The translations under genes were made by a program, and so were the position numbers. Positions 18,159 to 24,652 of a stretch of 64,000 nt of DNA are shown here, one piece after another (position 1 is the stretch's first letter; the number at the start of each line of letters is the position of its first letter). The notes under the pieces were generated by a model that ran no database searches, was not told the DNA's origin, and saw only the letters and a program-made list of their open reading frames with translations. The DNA is from Acidobacteriota bacterium (GTDB lineage Bacteria; Acidobacteriota; Terriglobia; Terriglobales; SCQP01), in NCBI GenBank assembly GCA_021789895.1, contig JAJYIU010000002.1:93805-157804 (forward strand). Direction: 5' to 3'.

Positions 18159-19529
18159 ATGCTGAGGATTTGCCTGCCTGTCGCCGGCGGAAATCACTGG
18201 CGTTCGCGCTATGATGAAGCGCGGTTATCCGGCCGCGCACGCGACTCAGTGCTGGAGGCTCCGATCGCCTTGCCCTCTGATCCCTCCCTCGTCCTGCCCA
18301 TCGCCGCGGCGTTATGGATCCCTCTGCTCCCGCTCGGCCTGCTGCTCTTGCAGGCGGGTATGAGCCGGATTCGCAACACTGCGCATACGCTCCTGATGGG
18401 CTTGGCCGGCATCGCGCTCGCCATCGTCGGTTTTCTCCTGCCCGGCGCCTGGATCGCCGGCGCCGGCGCCGCCGGACATGGCTTCTGGTTAGCCGGACAT
18501 TTTTGGGATCTGATCGGGCGCCATGCCCCCTGGTCTGCTCTGGCCGCGCATCCCGCCGCCGCGCTGCAGGCCTGGCAGGAGCTTTGGGCCGCCGCGATCG
18601 TCGCGCTGCTCGCGTTGGCCGGTGGCTTGGAGCGCTGGCGCCGGCGTCCCGCCATGCTGGCGGCGTATCTCTGCGGCGCCTTCTTCCTGCCGCTGATGGC
18701 CCACTGGCTTTGGGGCCAAGGCTGGCTGGCGCAAGCCCCCGCGCTCTTTCACCTGCGCAACGCCCCCGTGGACCCCGCCGGCGCCGGCGGGGTTCAACTC
18801 CTGGGCGGGTTGATCGCGCTTTCGGTGATGATTCAACTGGGCCCGCGGCGGGGTAAGTTTCCGGCCGATGGCCTGCCGGCAGCCTTGCCGGCGCATAATA
18901 TTCCGCTCGTCCTGCTCTCTTGCTTATTGCTGCTGCCCGGCTGGTTGGCCTGGAACCTTCTCGGGGCGCTGCTCCATCCCCAGCCCTTCGCGGCCATTTC
19001 CGCCATGACCGTCGCCGTCAACACCGTTCTGCCGGCCGCCGGCGGCCTGCTGGCCGCGTTCGAACTCTCCGCCTGGCGGTTTGGGAAACCGGACGCTTCC
19101 TTGTCCGCCAACGGCTGGCTCGCCGGCTTGGTCGCGAGCAGCGCGGGCTGCGCCCTCTGGGGGCCGCTGGCGGCCTTGATCACCGGGGCGGTGGCCGGCG
19201 CCCTGGTCGTCTTCACCGTGGAGTTGATTGAGCTGCGCGCCCGCCTCGATGATCCCGCCGGCGTGCTCCCCACTCATCTCCTCGCCGGCATCTGGGGCGT
19301 GCTCGCGGTCGCGCTCTTCGGGCGTAACCTGTCGCGTGCCGCCCAACTGCTGGAACTCGCGGTGCTGATTGCTTTCTTCTGGCCGCTAAGCTTCGCGGCG
19401 CTCTGGCTGATCGGCCGGCTGGCTCCGCACCGCCTCGATCCGGATGACGAGCGCCGCGGCCTCGACTTGTCTGAATTGGGCGCCGGCGCCTATCCCGAAT
19501 TCGTGACCCACGACGATGCCGGCTTTTAA
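18159..19529 (+). CDS. divergent Amt/MEP/Rh-family ammonium channel-like protein
   Basis: Alignable by eye to E. coli AmtB motifs: AHWLWGQGW (AHMVWGGG), VDPAGAGGVQLLGG (LDFAGGTVVHINAA), HNIPLVLL...GWLAWN (HNLPMVF...GWFGFN), LDDPAGVLPTHLLAGIWG (VDDPCDVFGVHGVCGIVG). The start codon is uncertain because the N-terminal 30 aa are not membrane-like. Confidence 0.65.
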   Translation: MLRICLPVAGGNHWRSRYDEARLSGRARDSVLEAPIALPSDPSLVLPIAAALWIPLLPLGLLLLQAGMSRIRNTAHTLLMGLAGIALAIVGFLLPGAWIAGAGAAGHGFWLAGHFWDLIGRHAPWSALAAHPAAALQAWQELWAAAIVALLALAGGLERWRRRPAMLAAYLCGAFFLPLMAHWLWGQGWLAQAPALFHLRNAPVDPAGAGGVQLLGGLIALSVMIQLGPRRGKFPADGLPAALPAHNIPLVLLSCLLLLPGWLAWNLLGALLHPQPFAAISAMTVAVNTVLPAAGGLLAAFELSAWRFGKPDASLSANGWLAGLVASSAGCALWGPLAALITGAVAGALVVFTVELIELRARLDDPAGVLPTHLLAGIWGVLAVALFGRNLSRAAQLLELAVLIAFFWPLSFAALWLIGRLAPHRLDPDDERRGLDLSELGAGAYPEFVTHDDAGF

Positions 19530-19575
19530 ACTGTCGGTGAACGGCCGATAGCTATTGTAAGCACCCGGCTTCTCT

Positions 19576-22257
19576 TCACTCCGGCAGCATGACCTGGCCT
19601 TTCACTTCGAACTGGCCGCTGGCCGCCGGCGCGCCGGTTCCCGGCTGTCCGCCGCCCACCGAAACGGTGTACTCGCCCGGCGCCACGATGATATCCCCGG
19701 CCGCCGTCACCATGCTCAGATCGCGGCGCATCAGATGAAAATGCACCACCTGGCTGGCGCCCGGCGCCAGGTGAATCCGCTGGAAGCCGCGCAGCGCCCG
19801 GATCGGCGCGCCGGGCACCTGGGGAAATTGCAGATACAGTTGCACCACTTCGTCGCCCGCCAGCTTCCCGGTATTGCTGACGGTCACGGCGGCATCGAGC
19901 GGCGCGCCGGCCTCGATCGGCCCCGCCGGTAAGCTCAAATGGCTGTAGTGAAACTGCGTATAGCTGAGCCCGTAGCCGAACGGCCACAGCGGCTGGCCTT
20001 TGAAATACCGGTAAGTGCGCCCCTGCATCGAGTAATCCTCGAAATTGGGCAACTGGTGGACGCTTTGATAAAACGTCACCGGCAGGCGTCCGGCGGGGTC
20101 GTTGCGCCCGCTGAGCGTGTCGGCAATCGCCGCCCCGCCTTCCTCGCCTGAGTACCAGGCTTCCAGAATGGCGTCGGCGTGCGCCTTTTCCCAATTCACC
20201 GCCAGCGCGCTCCCGTTCATCAGCACCACCACCAGCGGCTTGTGCGTCGCCGCTACCGCTTCCACCAATTCCTCCTCCGGCTGCGGCATCTTGAGGTTGG
20301 TTCGATCGCCGCCCAGAAAACCGGGCTGGTCAATCGGCATCTCCTCGCCTTCCAGCCGGCTGGTGATCCCGACCACGGCAATCACCACATCCGCTTTGCG
20401 GGCGGCGGCGATGGCGGCCGGATCGACCCCACTCCGCACCGGTGCCCATACCAGTTGCGCCAGCGGCCGCTGGCCCCCGAACTGCACATAAGTAATGTCC
20501 AGCTTCACCGCCTGCCCCCGCGTCAGGTGTACCTGGCCGAGATTGGTTCCGGGCGTGTACCCATGCACGATCGGCTGCCCGTTCAGCAGGGCGCGCGCAT
20601 AGCCGCTGGTATGCACTCCCAGCAGAAAATTGCCGCTGGCTTGCGGATGCAGATAGCCCGTCCAATGCACGCTGATTCCCCGCCGTCCCCGCGCCGCCGC
20701 CGGCAGGCTGGCTTCGTTCAAATTCAGGCTCGCGTCCACCCGCTTCACCAGCGGCGCCGGAGGCTTGCCGATGCCCCGGAACTCGCTGTATTCCGCCTGC
20801 AGCCCGGGCCGGCCGTCGGGCGTGGTCAGCCGGTCCGCCGGCACCGGCGTCCCCAGGTTCTGCGCCAGGAATTGCGTGCCGGGCACGTAGGTGATCCGGG
20901 CCTGCGGAAATTCCGCCCGCATCCCTTCCAGCATGCTCACCGTGTGCGTGGGAATGCCGTTGTAGTTGCCCAGCAGCACCGCGGTCTGGTCCGCCAGCGG
21001 GCCGATAATGGCGATCCGCCGCACGTGTTTCAGCGGCAGCACCCCGTCGTTTTTCAGCAGCACCATGGCTTCATCTGCCAACCGGCGGGCCAGCGCGCGA
21101 TGCGCCGCGCTGTTGAGCTGGTCGTGTGCAATATGGTCGTAGGGCACCATCGCCGGCGGATCGAACATCCCCAGCTTGATGCGCGCGGTGAATAGCCGGA
21201 TCAGCGCGGTATTGACCGCGCGCTCGGATAAATAGCCCTGCCGTACCGCTTCCAGGTACGGGCGGTAGTCGTGATCGTCCTGCACCTTGGCCAGAAAGTC
21301 GGCGCATTCGTTGTCCATCCCGCGCTCCAGCGAAATCGCCGAAGCCTGCGCCTGCGTGGGCCGGTAGTGATGCCCGCTGTAGATGTTGCGCACCGCCCCG
21401 CAATCGGATACCACGTAGCCCTGGAAGCCCCATGCCCCGCGCAGCGTGTGCTGCAGCAGAAACTGGTTGGCGCAGGCCGGCTGGCCGTTGATGGCGTTGT
21501 AGGCGCACATCACCGAGCCCGCATGGCCTTCGACCACGGCCGCGCGAAACGCCGGCAGGTAGGTGTCTTCCTCGTCGTGCCGGCTGACGTCCACGTCGGC
21601 GAAATGCCGGGTCGGTTCCGGCCCGCTGTGCACGTCGAAGTGCTTGGGCGTGGAGATCACCCGGTAGTAATGCGGGTTGCTGCCCTGCATCCCGGTGACG
21701 AACGCCACCGCCATGCGGGCGTCCAGAAATGGATCTTCGCCATAGGTCTCTTGCCCCCGCCCCCAGCGGGGATCGCGGAAGATATTGACGTTGGGGGCCC
21801 AGAAATCGAGCCCGTGAAAGATGCTCGAGTTGCCGTTTTGCTCCGATTCGGCGTGCACGACTCGGGCTTCGATCCCGATGTCCGTGGCCATGCGGTGGAT
21901 CCCGGGCGTGTCAAACGTCGCTGCCAGCCCGATCGGCTCGGGAAATTCCGTCGTGCCGTTGACCGCGACTCCGTGCAGCGCCTCGCTCCACCAGTCGTAG
22001 GCCGGCACCCCCAGACGCGGAATGGCGCGCGCCTGGTTGATCAGTTGCGAGCACTTCTCCCGCAGCGTCATCCGGTGTACCAGGTCGGCCGCCCGCTCTT
22101 TGGCCGGCAGCTTGGGATTCATGAACGGCAGCTTCGCCAGTTGCGCCGCCGCCGGTGCGGCTGCGGCGGTTTGCGCCGCCGCGGCGCCGGTCAGGCATGC
22201 GAACGCGGCCAATGCGGCCGCCAGCGGCCAGAGCGTGCGTTTTCTGCTGAGGGTCAT
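19576..22257 (-). CDS. GH3 beta-glucosidase/beta-xylosidase with PA14 insertion
   Basis: Signal peptide MTLSRKRTLWPLAAALAAFACLTGAAAAQ. GH3 motifs KHFDVHSGPE and GYVVSDCGAV (nucleophile Asp). PA14-like insert (HWTGYLHPQASGNFLLGVHTSGYARALLNG). C-terminal GYGLSYTQF. Confidence 0.9.
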   Translation of the reverse strand: MTLSRKRTLWPLAAALAAFACLTGAAAAQTAAAAPAAAQLAKLPFMNPKLPAKERAADLVHRMTLREKCSQLINQARAIPRLGVPAYDWWSEALHGVAVNGTTEFPEPIGLAATFDTPGIHRMATDIGIEARVVHAESEQNGNSSIFHGLDFWAPNVNIFRDPRWGRGQETYGEDPFLDARMAVAFVTGMQGSNPHYYRVISTPKHFDVHSGPEPTRHFADVDVSRHDEEDTYLPAFRAAVVEGHAGSVMCAYNAINGQPACANQFLLQHTLRGAWGFQGYVVSDCGAVRNIYSGHHYRPTQAQASAISLERGMDNECADFLAKVQDDHDYRPYLEAVRQGYLSERAVNTALIRLFTARIKLGMFDPPAMVPYDHIAHDQLNSAAHRALARRLADEAMVLLKNDGVLPLKHVRRIAIIGPLADQTAVLLGNYNGIPTHTVSMLEGMRAEFPQARITYVPGTQFLAQNLGTPVPADRLTTPDGRPGLQAEYSEFRGIGKPPAPLVKRVDASLNLNEASLPAAARGRRGISVHWTGYLHPQASGNFLLGVHTSGYARALLNGQPIVHGYTPGTNLGQVHLTRGQAVKLDITYVQFGGQRPLAQLVWAPVRSGVDPAAIAAARKADVVIAVVGITSRLEGEEMPIDQPGFLGGDRTNLKMPQPEEELVEAVAATHKPLVVVLMNGSALAVNWEKAHADAILEAWYSGEEGGAAIADTLSGRNDPAGRLPVTFYQSVHQLPNFEDYSMQGRTYRYFKGQPLWPFGYGLSYTQFHYSHLSLPAGPIEAGAPLDAAVTVSNTGKLAGDEVVQLYLQFPQVPGAPIRALRGFQRIHLAPGASQVVHFHLMRRDLSMVTAAGDIIVAPGEYTVSVGGGQPGTGAPAASGQFEVKGQVMLPE

Positions 22258-22413
22258 CGTTTCTCCATCGAGCGCGTGGGTGAACTGGCCGAAGAGAGTT
22301 CTAATTTCCGCTGCCGGCCTGGAGCCCACCGGGCCGCCCAAAGGTTAATGTCGCCGCCTCCGGGTTGTCAACCCGAATACGCGTTCTGCACCGGCGCTGC
22401 GTTCCGGCCTTGG

Positions 22414-23292
22414 TTAAATCGTTTCCATGCTGCGATGGAGCCCAAACAGCCGCGTCAGGGCAACCAGTTCCCGGCCGCTCGACGGCAAATCCCGGCAGAC
22501 CAGGCTCAAGCGCGCCTCGCGCTTTCCCGCGATCAAACGCAATGGCAGCAGCTCTCCGCCGTCCAGATCGGCCTGGATGCGATGTCGCGGCAGCCAGCCA
22601 AAGCAAAGCCCGCTGCGCACCGCGGCGACCGCGGCCTCGATGGTGTTGACCGCGAGATAGCGTTGCGCCGCCCCGCGCGGCTGGCGGCGGCTGGAGCCTG
22701 CATCCTCGATCACTGCCAGCATGTGCTGCATCAAATCAACCCGGGTAATGTTCCGCTTGTGGGCATGCAGCGGATGATCGCGCCGGGCAACCGCAAGCAG
22801 CTCGATGGCCAGAATCGGTTGCACGAAATACTCGTTCGTTGCCAGTGCGGAAATGCATAAATGCGCATGCTGTGCGGTGAATTCGGCGTCGGCCGAAAGC
22901 AGCGTGGCTTGCCGCAGCCGCGGCTGGGTGTAGGGAAAAAGGCGGCTGAATTCCGCCAGGACCGCAAACAACCGCTCGTAGGGATAAATGCTGTCCACCG
23001 ACAGCCGGATTTCCGACATCCCGCCCGTGGCCAGCGAGCGGGCGCGCTGCTCCAGCCGGCGAAAGCCCGTTAAGTGCGGCTCGGCATCGGTCAACAGCAT
23101 GCGTCCGGCTTCGGTCAGGTGCGCTTTTCTGCCGCGCAGCTCGAACAATCGCACGCCAAGCTGCTCTTGCAGCCGCGTAATGGCATAGCTGATGGTGGAT
23201 TGCGAGCGGTGCAGTTGTTTGGCGGCGGCGGCGAAGCTGCCCAGTTGCACCACGGCGTGCAGGATTTCCCAGGCGTCGAGGGTGGAGTTCAT
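22414..23292 (-). CDS. LysR-family transcriptional regulator
   Basis: N-terminal wHTH (LHAVVQLGSFAAAAKQLHRSQSTISYAITRLQEQLGVRLFELRGRK) and a LysR substrate-binding domain. Start at the ATG at 23292 (MNSTLDAW...). Confidence 0.9.
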   Translation of the reverse strand: MNSTLDAWEILHAVVQLGSFAAAAKQLHRSQSTISYAITRLQEQLGVRLFELRGRKAHLTEAGRMLLTDAEPHLTGFRRLEQRARSLATGGMSEIRLSVDSIYPYERLFAVLAEFSRLFPYTQPRLRQATLLSADAEFTAQHAHLCISALATNEYFVQPILAIELLAVARRDHPLHAHKRNITRVDLMQHMLAVIEDAGSSRRQPRGAAQRYLAVNTIEAAVAAVRSGLCFGWLPRHRIQADLDGGELLPLRLIAGKREARLSLVCRDLPSSGRELVALTRLFGLHRSMETI

Positions 23293-23388
23293 GTCCTGAA
23301 AATATCGAATATTTCGATCAATGGCGGGTAGAAATTCGACTTTCCATGCGGGTTTCCTGCGGAATATCATGCAGCTTGCTGTCATTCG
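23251..23388. repeat. 138-bp direct repeat, left copy (lysR 5' end plus lysR/GH51 intergenic DNA)
   Basis: Aligns with 24501-24638 at a constant offset of 1250 bp. I counted 4 mismatches (23253, 23271, 23329, 23348). Confidence 0.9.
23304..23318. promoter_or_regulatory. candidate LysR-type (T-N11-A) box ATCGAATATTTCGAT
   Basis: ATC-N9-GAT imperfect dyad 12 nt upstream of the lysR ATG. Duplicated identically at 24554-24568. Confidence 0.4.
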
Positions 23389-23711
23389 CTCATGGAGGTG
23401 AGCTTTATAGCAAGGAAGAATTGGTTGCCGAGATGGGAGCTGCTTTCCTTTGCGCTATCGCCGGTATCGTCAACGAGCATACCGGCCGCAACACTATTGC
23501 ATACCTTTAGATCTGGATTGAAAAACTGGAAGAGGATAACTGCCTTATTATTCATGCGCCGCGAACGCGCAGAGAGCCGTGGACATGATTCTCGGCAGCA
23601 ACTTTGAGGAAGAGAACAATACAACCGAACGACGGGGATGTCGCTGTCAGCGGCATCCCGCAGCCGTTGCGATAAACACTGCTCTGACGGTTTACGGCCA
23701 TGCTCATCTCT
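23389..23711 (+). pseudogene. 3' remnant of an ArdC-like (zincin/antirestriction, DUF1738-associated) gene
   Basis: My translation from 23388 is AHGGELYSKEELVAEMGAAFLCAIAGIVNEHTGRNTIAYL*IWIEKLEEDNCLIIHA, then a frame change near 23556-23560 to AANAQRAVDMILG.... The pattern Y..EELVAE.GAAFLCA ... AYL..W...L..D ... AA..A..A.D.IL is as I recall ArdC C-termini. There is an in-frame TAG at 23508-23510, and the 5' part is missing at the repeat junction. Confidence 0.55.
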
Positions 23712-23730
23712 GAGCAGTGGCCGGATGCTT

Positions 23731-24129
23731 CTATCCGGCCCGCAGATATTCCGAGGGAGTGATAATGCGCGTTCCCTTGTACGTGCCGAGAGTCAACAAA
23801 TCCTTGTCGCCTACAACCAGCAAATCAGCTTTCGCAAGGGCGGCGCACTCAAGAAACATATCGTCGTTCGGATCACGGCAGACCTTTACCGTGCCTCGAA
23901 TCTTCACGCGGATACCACGCGCCAGAATCGTTTGCAGCGCCGAGGTTGCGCGGTGTCGTTCCCAGGAGAATTTTTCCGTCAGGACGCGCACAATCTCCGC
24001 GTCAATTTCATCGCAGGTGGCAATCACGTCTTGGCTCATCGCCTTTTCAAGCGCCAGAGTCGGCGTGCCGCGACGTTTTGCAAACTGAAGCGCGGAAATC
24101 CAGACGTTTGTGTCTACGACGACGATCAC
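23731..24129 (-). CDS. PIN-domain toxin (PIN_3 / TIGR00305-like)
   Basis: MIVVVDTNVWISAL ... CRDPNDDMFLECAALAKADLLVVGDKDLL ... ITPSEYL, with the acidic PIN residues in place. The GTG start overlaps the antitoxin stop (GTGA). Confidence 0.85.
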   Translation of the reverse strand: MIVVVDTNVWISALQFAKRRGTPTLALEKAMSQDVIATCDEIDAEIVRVLTEKFSWERHRATSALQTILARGIRVKIRGTVKVCRDPNDDMFLECAALAKADLLVVGDKDLLTLGTYKGTRIITPSEYLRAG

Positions 24130-24416
24130 CCGTTAGATCGTACCTTGCGGCGGCGCGGCTTCTCGGCGCGCACTTCTTTGATGAGCCGGGGCACATCGGC
24201 TTCGGTGTAGCCCTTGGGATTGCGGCCCGCTGCGTATTCGCCCAACTCATCCAGTGTCCGCCGCGCCTGCTGCGCGGAGTAGGTGCGGAAGGCTTCGCGA
24301 AATAGCTCGCTCATGGTGCGGCTGTCCCGCTGTGCCAGCGCTTCGGCCCTCTGCGCGAGTTCAGGTGGCAGGCTAATCGTATAGACCTTAGATTTCCTTG
24401 CGGTAGTAGTAGCCAT
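24126..24416 (-). CDS. ribbon-helix-helix (CopG/MetJ-type) antitoxin
   Basis: KVYTISLPPELAQRAEALAQRDSRTMSELFREAFRTY is a beta-strand followed by two helices, as in RHH proteins. It lies upstream of, and overlaps, the PIN gene. ATG at 24416; the track ORF starts at TTG 24422. Confidence 0.8.
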   Translation of the reverse strand: MATTTARKSKVYTISLPPELAQRAEALAQRDSRTMSELFREAFRTYSAQQARRTLDELGEYAAGRNPKGYTEADVPRLIKEVRAEKPRRRKVRSNG

Positions 24417-24433
24417 ATCCAAAGTATTACACC

Positions 24434-24450
24434 GTAATGGATTCCATTAC
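24434..24450. promoter_or_regulatory. candidate TA operator: perfect palindrome GTAATGGA-T-TCCATTAC
   Basis: Arms of 8 bp, located 18 nt upstream of the antitoxin ATG. An extra ATTAC half-site is at 24426-24430. Confidence 0.4.
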
Positions 24451-24500
24451 AACTTCAAGTACCATAGGAAGCCCTATTCCGAACGCGTAAATTAACAGCA

Positions 24501-24638
24501 CATGGCGTGCAGGATTTCCCGGGCGTCGAGGGTGGAGTTCATGTCCTGAAAATATCGAATATTTCGATCAATGGCGGGCAGAAATTCGACTTTCCATTCG
24601 GGTTTCCTGCGGAATATCATGCAGCTTGCTGTCATTCG
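24501..24638. repeat. 138-bp direct repeat, right copy (orphan lysR start plus GH51 upstream region)
   Basis: See the left copy. It contains an orphan minus-strand ATG with about 13 lysR-like codons (MNSTLDAREILHA) and runs up to the GH51 Shine-Dalgarno sequence. Confidence 0.9.
24554..24568. promoter_or_regulatory. candidate LysR-type (T-N11-A) box, second copy, upstream of the GH51 gene
   Basis: Identical ATCGAATATTTCGAT inside the right repeat copy, 85 nt upstream of the GH51 ATG. Confidence 0.4.
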
Positions 24639-24652
24639 GCAAGGAGAAATCG

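Larger units (their letters stand above)
23389..24500. mobile_element. decayed mobile-element remnant (ArdC-like gene fragment plus PIN/RHH toxin-antitoxin) inserted in the lysR/GH51 intergenic region
   Basis: Bracketed by the 138-bp direct repeats and visibly lower in GC than the flanks. Cargo is typical of plasmids and ICEs. No integrase or transposase is present. Confidence 0.55.
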
